Below are positions 23,532-35,370 of a stretch of 64,000 bases of DNA, piece after piece. The position numbers and the translations under genes were made by a program. The notes beneath the pieces are model-generated. The model was not told where the DNA came from. It did no database searches and saw only the letters and a list, made by a program, of their open reading frames with translations. The stretch lies in assembly GCF_036365525.1 (NCBI RefSeq), contig NC_090373.1, positions 40,339,590-40,403,589 of the forward strand, in the 5' to 3' direction. Numbering within the stretch: the first letter of the stretch is position 1; each line of letters opens with the position of its first letter. This DNA is from Heterodontus francisci (lineage: Eukaryota).

Positions 23532-25559
23532 ACCGTATTAAGCAGTAAAAGTATACTTTGGATACACAGGTATATTTTAGTTCATAACTGCAATACTTGA
23601 AGGAAATCTATTTATTTATTTATTTACCTCATTTGCATTGAGTGAGGAAAATTATTGCATATTTCTTTATTTTCCAATAACCAGTTGGGTAACAGTGGCT
23701 GTGAAAATCTGTAGGGATTTCTTCCACCTAACTCTGGCAGGAGACTGATGGAAACCCATTGGAAAAGCAACAGCTCTGGAGGCTGTCCAGCATTTCAGCG
23801 ATTAGCTGACATGCTTAATCAGGGATGTGCTTAGCTCGATCAGGCCGTGCAACACTTAAGATAAGTCAGGCAAGGCATATCAGCCTCCAGATGGGTGAAA
23901 GTGGGCAGAAACAGGGACGGATGGGGGTGGGGGGTGGGGAGCGGTGGGGGTGAGGCGTGGGTACACGGTTGGGGCGTGGTGAAGTGTACTCAGTAACAGC
24001 CCCCACAATGGCAGAAAGGTGCTATATTTTCCAGCTGCACGGGACAGATAGGTGTGGATGGAGATGTATCTATCACTGGTGCATGCACCTGTCTGCCCTA
24101 TGCAAATTAGATAACCTCCCATTGACCTGGCAAACTCGAGCTGAGTCAGTGCTGGAGGCCACCGGTGGGCACACTGCTTGTTCAACTGGGTACATATCCT
24201 GAGGATTTTAAAGCAACTTATTTTGCCACTTCTGTGCACTTATCTCCCAAGCCTCTTTCTAAATCCCTTTGCATCCCTGCTCCAAGATCTGACCTCAACA
24301 TTCTCCCCCCTTTCAGCATTATAACATCAGGCTCACTGTGAACAATGCTAGGAATAAATGCCGGTATTGTATTAAAATTTTTTTTAATAAATACATGTTA
24401 TCAGAGTAAATTGTCTGGCTTTGAAAGCCAAATGTCATGAAGGTGCTGGAACAGTATTGCTGAGACATAATTGCATGCATTAAAGATATATTGCATATTA
24501 ACAAGGATGATTAATGCACATAATGTCGGTGGTGTTTATTCTAATTTTTTGCATAACTCCACAAGGACAACTAGATTATTTTCCACGCATTATGGCCAAT
24601 GAATAATTCATTATTAATTCTCTATCCACTTACATCAAATATTTGAACCATACCAGCTCTATCTTCTCGACTCAGAGGAACAATAGTTCAAGCTTTCCTG
24701 CTTTTCCTCAGAGGGTTTGGAACTTAGCTCAGAAATCACTGCAGTTACTCAGCTTTGCACATATGCTAAAGCTTCTATGCCCTACCTCAGTACTGAGATC
24801 AGATTACAATCATGTGGCATATCTATTCTAAATATACTAGAATCTATGTTCTACACAATAGACTGGTAATCATTCTAGTGTTTTATTTCTCTCATTGATT
24901 AAGATTTCTGTGAGGGAATTCACTCTCCTATGAGGATGCATGTCCGTTTCCACACACCCCACCCCCATCCTCATTTTCTCCTGTTGAGGTTTCCATCTCA
25001 GCCATGCATTGCTGAAGAAGGCAGTCTTCTTCTAGGTCAACATAATGTCAATTTCAGTCGACTGCCAGGCTGCATACAGGAATGGCCCTGTAGTGAATTT
25101 CCACAGTTTCCGCTGCCACCTTTCTCACCATCACTTCCTGAGGTCAATTTATAGCTTTACTACCAGGGTGCCGGCATCACTTGTATCGAGTGAGGAATGA
25201 AAAATCCAATGGGAGTATCACACAACCTGTACCAAACCCACTATAATTTCACAATAATGGTAATTCTGTCCAGTTGAGTGCTCCAAAAAGAAGCCAAGCA
25301 CAAACCTTTGGATGGGAAGGAAAATCTGTGGCTGTCATTTACTTATATGTATCTAACAACATGCAGCAGTGTGAGAAGAGGCCAAGCAGAAGGTTACTTG
25401 CCCAACCTCAGATAAGAATGATGTGTATCTCAGAGAGTCCTACTGAGAGGAAGATAAGAAAGTTAAAAATATATATTTAGTCTATGGTTTGGTGGATAAG
25501 TGAAAAGTGTGATGTGATGTGATGCCAGCCTGAAAAGTTCTAGGTTTGGTTTTGTAATG

Positions 25560-26900
25560 TTCTCGGATAGGGGTAACCTTGGCTTCTTTCCTCCACGACT
25601 AACCACCACCTGTAGCACTTTTCCTCCAGCCCCTTCGCCCTCACTTCAAAACAAAATGCAAAGAAGTATTGAGCGTCTTCCCTTCTAAGATTGAGACCTA
25701 CTAGATAGATAGCTGTCCCATTACCTCCTAATTCCTCTCCCCCTTCCTCCTAACTATCCTTCAGTCTCCTGATTATTCTAGCCCTGATTCCCTGCCACTA
25801 CAATGTCTCTCCTGTCTCTCCCCTGTCTACTCAGACACATCTCTTCCATGTGACCCATCTCCTGTGCTCTTGATACCCCTCCTTGCTTAACTCCTGATCA
25901 TTGAACCAGTACCCCCTCACCACTCCTTCCACTTCCAGGCCCCTCATGCTAGTTGGCATTGTTAATGGCTCCTTTGCTCAAGGCAACAACACTTCCTCCT
26001 CAAAAAAATCCGTGACCCATCCAGCCTCTCCAGTGACCACCCTATGTCTTACCTCCCTTTCATCTCTAATTGAATGGGTTGTCCCAGCTCCCTCTCATCT
26101 CTTCCAAAGCTTGTTCTTCAAATCTCTCACGTCCAATCTTTGCGTTTCACATAGCACCAAGACTGCCCTGGCCAAATTCATGAATAACATCTGCTGTGAC
26201 TGTGGCCATTTTCATTATATCTCCTCAGTGTCTCTACAGTCTTCATTATAATTAACCATAGCATCTCCTCTTCACCTCTCCTCAGTTCTTTTTCCACTTG
26301 TCCAATGTCAATGAGTCTTAAGCAGATGTCTTCTCTTATCATCCATTCACTTTAATCTCTGGAGCCATCAAGGATCCATTCTTGGCTCCTTCCACTCCCT
26401 CAATTACATGCTGTCCTCAGCAAAATCACCCACAGGCACAAAATCATTTTCCATAAGTACCTTCATGACATGCCCCTCTACACTGCTTCCGTTGACGCCA
26501 CTATCACTTTCAAGCTCCCCATGTGCTTATCTAACATGAGGCCATAGATGAGTCAAAATTTCCTCCAGTTGAACATTGGGAAGACTGAAGCTGTAATTTT
26601 TGTTAACTGCCACAAGCTCCACTTCCTCAGCATTGATTCCACCTCCACTTCCTGGTAATTCGCTTAGGCTGAGCCAAGTGAGGCACAACCTCAGGCTGAG
26701 ATTCAAACACCACATCCCTTTAATTACCAAGAGTGCCCAGCCCTATCTTCAATGTATTCCCATCTTCACTCCTATCTTAGCGACTCCACTTGGGAAACCA
26801 CATCTATGCTTTTGTCACCTTTAGATTTGATTTCTTCAATGTCTTCCTTGCTGGAGTTCCATTCTACACCCTCAATAATTTTTACCTTGTCCAAATTTCT
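25560..26900 (+). mobile_element. Old L2 LINE (RT region, highly degenerate)
   Basis: HSTKTALAKFMNNI (L2 HSTETAL motif, ORF 25901..26251), a QGSILG-like segment near 26370 and FLQLNIGKTEA near 26560. Confidence 0.75.
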
Positions 26901-27080
26901 TTCCTCAAAATGTCAAGATTCAAACCCATCCACATGAGTTATTAGTTTCAATTTGTTTGGCATCATTGGCTCAAAAACATTCTCCTAAAGACCCGAACTT
27001 TCACGACATATACTATTCCCAGCCAGGACTTACAGTTGACTTTAAGTTAACACAGGAGTGATGAAATATTTTTCATTTAT

Positions 27081-28683
27081 TGTCAGGCAAACCCCACCTG
27101 CCATGACTGAGGCACACATTATTTCACCACATGAACATTAAAACTTAAAATTGTAAGCCCTGACCGGAAGGACATTTCCATGGTAACAGACAATGTTGAA
27201 ACAATGGAGATCCAGCAGTTGCTTCTCCAATACACAGAAGTGGTCAGACCAGTTTTAGTCACATGACTGACTGGCTGTTGCAGAGTTTTTGAACTCCCAA
27301 CAAAGGTTTTGAAGAGAGTCAAAGTCGTGTGCTTATGGAGTAAACACCTCTCCTGGAACTGAAGCAAGAATTACAGCCTCTCTTGTCTGCCTGATTCATC
27401 TCTTACCATGGAACTGAATCTTGTGAAAACACATGAGACTGAAAGAGAGAAAGATTTCCTACATGAGCAAGGTTAAGAAGACGACTTGGCCCCAACAAAG
27501 CGCAAGAACATTTCTTAAATCAAGGACTACAGCGAGCTCAAGAACAGTAACAAGATATTGCCTCAAACATTTCTACTTATCTTTTTTTCTGCTCTTTTCT
27601 GTCCCTATTTTGCAAGTTTCCATCACGTGTGCATACTAGTTTGAGCGCGCCGTATATCCGTAGGCATGCATTGTATTAGAGTTTGAACATAGAACATAGA
27701 ACAGTACAGCACAGTACAGGCCCTTCGGCCCACGATGTTGTGCCGACCCTTTAACCTACTCTAAGATCAAACTACCTACATGCCCTTCATTCTACTACCA
27801 TCCATGTACCTATCCAAGAGTCGCTTAAATGTCCCTAATGTATCTGCTTCTACTACCACCGCTGGCAGTGCATTCCACGCACCCACCACTCTCTGTGTAA
27901 AGAACCTACCTCTGACATCTCCCCGAAACCTTCCTCCAATCACCTTAAAATTATGCCCCCTGGTGATAGCCCTTTCCGCCCTGGGAAAAAGTCTCTGGCT
28001 ATCTACTCTATCTATGCCTCTCATCATCTTGTACACCTCTATCAAGTCACCTCTCATCCTTCTTCGCTCCAATGAGAAAAGCCCTAGCTCCCTCAACCTT
28101 TCTTCATAAAACATGCCCTCCAGTCCAGGCAGCATCCTGGTAAATCTCCTCTGCACCCTCTCTAAAGCTTCCACATCCTTCCTATAATGAGGCGACCAGA
28201 ACTGAACACAATATTCCAAGTGTGGTCTAACCAGGGCTTTATAGAGCTGCAGCATAACCTCGCGGCTCTTCAACTCAATGCCCCTGTTAATGAAAGCCAA
28301 CACCCCATATGCCTTCTTAACAACCCTATCAACTTGGGTGGCAACTTTGAGGGATCTATGGACGTGGACCCCAAGATCCCTCTATTCCTCCACACTGCCA
28401 AGAATCCTGTCTTTAAGCCTGTATTCTGTATTCAAATTCGACTTTCCAAAATGAATCACTTCACAAGTTTGAGTTTAAGGTTTAATAAATTTCATTTTTC
28501 TGCTTTAAACCAAAGAAAGCCTGTTTGTTCTCAGTTCATTGCCTTATAATTGGAAACTGTGAACACGGATTCACACAAAGGGAGAGCTCAAAACACAATG
28601 TGTTTAAACTTAAACCCTGTTACAATAAAACCAGGTTAAAACAGCCAAAGACCCCTCGACACATTGCTCACCTGGTCATAACA
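27081..28683 (+). mobile_element. Solo LTR with CR1 insertion
   Basis: TGTCAGG...GTCATAACA termini. Perfect 4-bp TSD TTAT at 27077-27080 and 28684-28687. AATAAA near the 3' end. Homologous to 3205-4138. Confidence 0.85.
27687..28465 (-). mobile_element. Young 5'-truncated CR1
   Basis: Uninterrupted ORF2 C-terminus (27776..28303; LVRPHLEYCVQFWSP, TRGHNFKV), (TATGTTC)n tail, TSD AGTTTGA at 27680-27686 and 28466-28472. Confidence 0.93.
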
Positions 28684-30599
28684 TTATAAAAAGACACAAG
28701 GGACTCCATGAAATTCACAGCTTGCTTACAAACTATTATTTTTAAAACTTATATCTTGATATAAGGATACAGCTGTATAGGTCATAAAATTTGATGGTTA
28801 ATTAGGATACAGCAATTAATATTCTCCTCAAAATCAGTTTTCAATGATTGGTGTCTTCCAGTCAACAATACGCACCAGAAGAAATGCCAGTTTCTCATGG
28901 AAGTGTTAGCTGAATGAGCCCGCAATTGATTGCCGCTAACTGCATCCTGGTGAGTTTGCAGATACAGGATGATAGCTTTCTGTGGATCTGAGAAAATTAC
29001 ATTGAAATGTAAAGTGTTTCAATTTTCTGGGAAGTATATTCCAAATTAATTGAATAGGGAAGTGTTTTACACTGCAAATACTTTACCTTTCCACATACCT
29101 TCTCATTTAATCGTATCTTGCCTCAGGCTGTCAAAATAAAGAATTGACCTCCAGTTTTGAAAAAAAAAGCATGTGATGTGAATCCACTCAAGTGAGACGG
29201 CAGCTATTAACCACAGGTTACAAAATTATGTAAAAGGTATCAAAAATTAAACAACATGGACTAGGATTAGTCTGGGCCCATTTTAAGGCCATTTTTGGGC
29301 CCAGATCCAACGTGCAGGCCGTGTGCCCCACCAAAGTCTGACCATTGCCTTCAACAATCCGCCTGACCAGTGTGTGCGCAAACCAAGACATTGAAGTTTC
29401 AATGGAAATTGGTCCTCAGATCTCATCATCATACTTGGCACAAGGTGCCAGCATCTTGCCCAAGTGAAGACATCTATGCCAGGCCTCTTGCTTCATGTGC
29501 GGTCCTCAGGTAAGTCCTGGGAATGGGGATTAAAGCAGTCAACACGAGGTGGGTGGAAATCTTGACTCCTGTAGAATTGAAGAAGCAGTTCTGCTCCTGG
29601 TGGTCCAAGAGAATTTATTTTTAAGAAACAAAAATTTAAATCACTTCACTGGAGTTGACAGCTGCTGTGAATCCTGAGTGGGTTAGGTCCAACATCAGCT
29701 GCAATCATTGATGGTGAATTTGACAATCAGTTCTTCACAAGCCATTAGATTTTTAATTTACATGTTTAAGGGTCCTAAGGGCCTGTGGTATGCTCATGAT
29801 GCCTAAAAATAGGAACTCACAAATTTCGCAGAGGAACCAATGCCTGTGCAAATTGGGTGCAGGTAAACTGACTACTGGATTGGATCCTTTCGACCTGTTT
29901 TACATGCAAAGCATGAGGGGAAAGCATACCAATTTCTACCCCATTACTTCATTGCTTCAGTACATAACATTTTCAGCAGAACCGGTAAAAAAAAGTTGAG
30001 GCAAAATTTTAAATAATGGTCAAAAGGACTGCTGCTACAATAGCAACAAACTGTGAAAGACTACAAATTGACAAAACTTTGAAGCCATTCCATAGGTAAC
30101 ACCAGCCACAGGTCGCCACTTGTCACGAACAATAGCATGATTTTTCCAATCAGCAACTAAGAGCTGGATTTTTAGGTCCCAACAGGGGGCAGGTAATGAA
30201 AATGCCAGTGCCACCCGGCATACCAGTTTTCCTCATTGGGAACAGCGCCGGCGAGTTTCACCAGGTTGGGGGGAGGGTGGCCCTGAGAACCTGCCCAATC
30301 TGCTAATGAGTGTAATTGAGGTCATTAAAGAACTCATTGAGAGCTCGTTGAGGACTATGTTCAGATTTTGGTGGGGCTGCATGGGCTATACACTGCATCT
30401 GGGGCAGACCAGGTGCATAGAGGTGGAAAGCACATTGTGGCCAATTTAGGTGGGCACATAAAAGGGAGAAGGGCTCAGAGGGTGACTTAGCTATTGGCAC
30501 ACTGGTGCCATCAGGTCGGTGCAGATTTTGGCGAGAGTGGTCAGTAAGCGCTCGAGCAGAGCAGGGACATAAGAGGAGGGGGTAAGGCTGCTAAGTCCA

Positions 30600-31745
30600 A
30601 TAGGGAGGCCAGCTGAGCACAAGGAAGGCATATTTCGGGTCCAGTAGCAATGAGGAACAACATTCTCTGCAGAAAGGGCAGAGGAAAGGAATGAGGGGCA
30701 GGAACACAATGGAGGCCATACCGTCAGGAGGGCATCTACCGCCGAAGATGGAGGTACCTTAGGATGACTGAGAACAAGTGCCGCAGGAGACTGAGGCTCT
30801 CCAGGCAGAAGTTTGTGCCCTCATCAAGGAAGAACTCACACCTCACAGCACTGCTCTCCATGCCCTGCCAGTAGCCATCAAAGTCACTGTGACTCCTTCC
30901 ACAGATCAGCTATGGATCTTGGTGGTGTCTCGCATGCAGCAGCACACCATTGCATCTCGCTGGTCACTGATGCCCTATTTGCAAAAGCTGGGCAGTACAT
31001 TTCAGACAGATGAGACATTACACAGAGGGCAGTGGATTTCACATCCATTGGTGGATTCCCCCAGTTGTAGTGCATCATCAATTGCACCCGTGTGGTCCTC
31101 AAGGCTCCAACTGAGCGCCTGGTGAGATTCATCAACAGGAAGGGCTTCCACTCCTTCAATATTCAGCTGATCTGCGACCACATGTATGCACTCGCTTTCC
31201 TGGCAGCTGCCATGACTCCTTCATCCTTTACTAGTCCAGACTGCCACAGCTCTTCATTCCCCAACCTCCCGCTGTCCGCAAACTCCATGGATGAATCCTC
31301 GGAGACAAAGGCTATCTCTTGAAGAGGCGGCTACTCATCCCTTTATGAGAACTTGAGACAGAGCCACAGAGGCACTACAACCAAAGCCATCTGCTCACTT
31401 GGACAACCATTGAGCAGGTCATTGGGCGACTGGAGATGCAGTTCCGCTGCCTGGACCAGTCAGGTGGCACCCTGCAGTACACTCCTGCAAGGGTCTCATG
31501 CATTGTGGTGGTCTGTTGTGCTCTTCATTACATGGCCCTCACAGGACCTTGAAGAGGGTGAAGCTCTGGATGGACACAGCTCATTGGAGGAACAGGAGCA
31601 ACAAAGAGGAGGAGAAGGAGGAAAAGGAGGAGGAGGAAGATGCAGAACACAGTGGTGCTACTGCTGCACAGGGAAGTGAACGGGCTCACTCGTCAGAATG
31701 CCATTAATGTCAGGGATCATCTGATTCAGCCTCATTTCATCTGAG
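30600..31745 (+). pseudogene. HARBI1-like DDE transposase pseudogene
   Basis: Across frameshifts: YLRMTENKCRRRLRLSR, INRKGFHSFNIQLICDH, PGSCHDSFIL, LGDKGY, TTIEQVIGRLEMQFRCLD, IVVVCCALH, then an acidic tail. Confidence 0.88.
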
Positions 31746-32686
31746 CCCCTCTGATGCAGGGGGAATGGCATGGTCTGGAACTCACTCTGAGCTGCCCATG
31801 ACAACACTTCCATTGAAGACGCAGTCTGGAATAAATCAATTCTTACCACCACTGAAGGATGCACATCTGGCCAAGGTTTCACTATCACTGTTCATGGACC
31901 CTTGCTCCCTTCACTACTTTATCCCTCTTTCCTTGTTCCGCCATTAATAAAAGAAGGCTCACACCTCTGGCTTCATATGATTATAGTTACCTGGTGCTCA
32001 AAAAGAAAAAAATTGCACAGTTACAGGTGAAACAAACCCCAGTGACACACTCAGTACTCTGCCCAATGCGATGGGCTCCACTCTTGGCCATTTCTATGCA
32101 GTGCTCCCCTTCTAACCAAGGAGGAGGTGGAGGCAACCTGCTGACTGGTCTTTACCTGTGGCAGATGGTGGTCATTCTTGTCATGGAGATGCTCATGGGG
32201 GAACCTCCAGAGGCTGCTGCACCAGCATCTTTCCAGGGGCAGCCTCCGTCACTGGGTCCTGCTGGGCAGATGCTCCCTTTGTCAGAGGTGCCAGGGAAGC
32301 TGATGATAATGATGATGGTTCCCTCATCCTCCTCGATGACTGCCTCAGCCCTTGCCCAGTACTATGGAGGGCTGGAGAGGCTCACCAGTTGGAGCGCAAC
32401 TGGCATCCCCACCAAACATCTCTGTACCATCAACAACACTGACCGGTCAAGGTTACATAGGGCTGGATGTAGCGTTCCCATCATGGCTTCGGGCAGCAGG
32501 CGACCAATTATAATAATGGAGACATGGCGCCCGGCCAATCATGCGAGAGGGTGGGATTTGAGGCGTCGAACGAGCTGTCAGATGACTCCGGAGCAGGTGC
32601 TGCCTTTGAGTCATTTGCTGATAACTGCTGAAACTAATGTTAAAGAGACTCCTGGACTCCCAGCCCCCCTACAAGGATCCCGCAGT

Positions 32687-35370
32687 ATGGCAGAGGCAAG
32701 ACACCGGGTGGGCCCATGGCTTAGCAATGCCTCCCTTGAGATTATCCTCCAGGCTGCAAGGGAAAGGCGGGAGGTCCTCTTCCCCAGTGTTGGCAAGAAG
32801 AGGGCCTGTGGCCTGACCAAGCAAGCTTGGATGGAGATCACAGAGCAGGTCAGCAACTGTGGGGCCACCGCCATACCCCCCCGGAACTGGGTACAGTGCC
32901 GCAAGAGGGTCAAAGACCTCCTTCGTTCTGCCAAGGTGAGTGCATCATCGGGAGGAAGATACCACAAAGGCACTGGCCAAGGGGATTAGGCATCACCACA
33001 TGCTGACAGATGCATGATTGCATCTTGGCCACTGGCCACCTTCTTTCACAGCTTTTTTCATCAAAAGAGCTGAACTCAAGATGTGAGTTGAGAGTGACTG
33101 CCCTTGACATCAAGGCAGCATTTGACCGAGTATGGCATCACGGAGCCCTAGCAAAACTGGAGTCAATGGGAATCAGGGGGAAAACTCTCTGCTGGTTGGA
33201 GTCATACCTAGCACAAAGGAAGATGGTTGTGGTTGTTGGAGGTCAATCATCTGAGCTCCAGGACATCACTGCAGGAGTTCCTCAGGGTAGTGTCCTAGGC
33301 CCAACCATCTTCAGCTGCTTCATCAATGACCTTCCTTCAATCATAAGGTCAGAAGTGGGGATGTTCGCTGATGATTGCACAATGTTCCGCACCATTCGCA
33401 ACTCCTCAGATACTGAAGCAGTCCATGTAGAAATGCAGCAAGACATGGACAATATCCAGGCTTGGGCTGATAAGTGGCAAGTAACATTTGCGCCACACAA
33501 GTGCCAGGCAATGACCATCTCCAACAAGAGAGAATCTAACCATCTCCCCTTGACATTCAATGGCATTACGATCAGTGAATCCTCCACTATCAACATCCTG
33601 GGAGTTATCATTGACCAGAAACTGAACTGGAGTAGTCATATAAATACCGTGACTACAAGAGCAGGTCAGAGGCTAGGAATCCTGCGGCGAGTAGCTCACC
33701 TCCTGACTCCCCAAAGCCTATCTACCATCTACAATGCACAAGTCAGGAGTGTGATGGAATACTCTCCACTTGCCTGGATGGGTGCAGCTCCAACAACACT
33801 CAAGAAGCTCAACACCATCCAGAACAAAGCAGCCCGCTTGATTGGCACACCATCCACTGACGCACAGTGGCAGCAGTGTGTACCATCTACAAGATGCACT
33901 GCAGCAACGCACCAAGGCTCCTTCGACAGCACCTTCCAAACCCGTGACCTCTACCACCTCGAAGGACAAGAGTAGCAGATGCATGGGAACACCACCACCT
34001 GCAAGTTCCCGTCCAAGTCACACACCATCCTGACTTGGAACTATATCGCCGTCCCTTCACTGTCGCTGGGTCAAAATCCTGGAACTCCCTTCCTAACAGC
34101 ACTGTGGGTGTACCTACCTCACATGGACTGCTGCGGTTCAAGAAAGCATCTCACGACCACCTTCTCAAGGGCAATTAGGGATGGGCAATAAATGCTGGCA
34201 TAGCCAGTGATGTCCACATCCCATGAATGAATAAAAAAAAAGCTCACCTCCATTACCTCCCCTGAGAGCTGACATGTGGATGAGCCATATAGGAAACCCC
34301 AGCAGGGGACAAGGGGCTGCCTGTCCTTTTTGTCTTCCTCTGAAGTATTACTATCTCCCTCTTTCAACTTGCAGGACAAGTGGGCCCATAATAAGAGGAA
34401 GACCTCGCAGACCGGTGGAGGAATTGCAGACATACAGCCTTTCTCAGCAGCTGAGAATGAAGCACTGGAGTTAGTGGGGACCCAGGATGGCCACTCAATA
34501 GTGGATGGTTAGTCTGGAGTGTCCACGCAAAAGAGTGAGGATTGTCTTCCAGCGACATCCAACACACTTCTGGAGACCCACATCAAACATGGACATCATG
34601 AAAAGATCTGCAATGCCTAACCCACACCTTTGTGTTCTCTCATGCAGGTCGGCATCCACAGGAGACTCCATCAAAAGGAGGAGATCATTTAATCTCTGAG
34701 GAGGAGCAATCAGAGGCTGCAATGTCACATGATTGTCCTGCACCTTCCACTGATGCAGGTACTTTCACCTCAGTGGGTTTCTGCTCGGCTTTAGAATCAG
34801 GCTGGTGAGAACACTGCACATGCGCCCAAGCAGCTGGCTGAGGCTGAGACAGCCGCGGCCTCTGACAGTCGGAGGACTGTGGGTGGCCAGGCCCATGCTA
34901 AGCCCCAGGCTGATGACGAGCCTCTGGTGTTGCAGAGAGAGGGAAGGCAACATCTGTCGGAGCTGCCAGAGGCCATGCACAGCCATGAGCAAATGCTGGA
35001 GGAGTCTATCTATGCCATGAGTGCTGCCATGTCTCAGGTGTATGAGCGCATGGTCTCCTCCATCGAGATGTTGACAACTATCATGGAGAGTCAGATCCCA
35101 CAGATGTACACTGACCTGCACACCATCACCTTGGCCATGATATAGCAGTGGCAAGGCGAGAGATGGACAAGGCCCCTGGACTCTTCTCCATTCCTCGTCC
35201 TTCTCTGGTAAGTTGGGAGGTTCAACTGAACTTTGAAAGAGAGGAGGAGCCACTGTCCTTTATAGCTGCGGGTCTCCCCTCAGGGCACTCTGAGTGTGAA
35301 CAGTGGCTCCTCAGGCATCATGCCACAGGGGTCCACAAAGACAGGGTTTATGAGACCCATGCCAGGTGAT
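32687..35370 (+). pseudogene. Myb/SANT-like (NAIF1/MSANTD-type trihelix) gene with 3 exons
   Basis: Exon 1 (32687-32935) is open for 83 codons: MAEARHRVGPWLSNASLEIILQAARERREVLF..KQAWMEITEQV..RNWVQCRKRVKDL, donor AAG|GTGAGT. Exon 2 from 34375 reads DKWAHNKRKTSQTGGG, with a premature TAG at 34510. Exon 3 from ~34648 includes ORF 34879..35145. Confidence 0.82.
33062..34241 (+). mobile_element. Family B LINE (RT to 3' tail) inserted in intron 1 of the Myb gene
   Basis: ALDIKAAFDRVWH, GVPQGSVLGP, FADD and WQVTFAPHKC in ORF 33010..33975. Tail CCCATGAATGAATAAAAAAAAA. Confidence 0.93.

Noticed and set aside
31859-32989. 376-aa ORF as a novel host gene
   Set aside because: It is chimeric. It runs across the antisense outer Myb exon and the inner TIR (32460). 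Only 32687-32935 (Myb exon 1) is genuinely coding.
33010-33975. RT ORFs (also 51976..53118) as a retron, group II intron or DGR-type system
   Set aside because: The motifs, endonuclease/esterase context, 5' truncation and microsatellite tails are those of vertebrate non-LTR retrotransposons.
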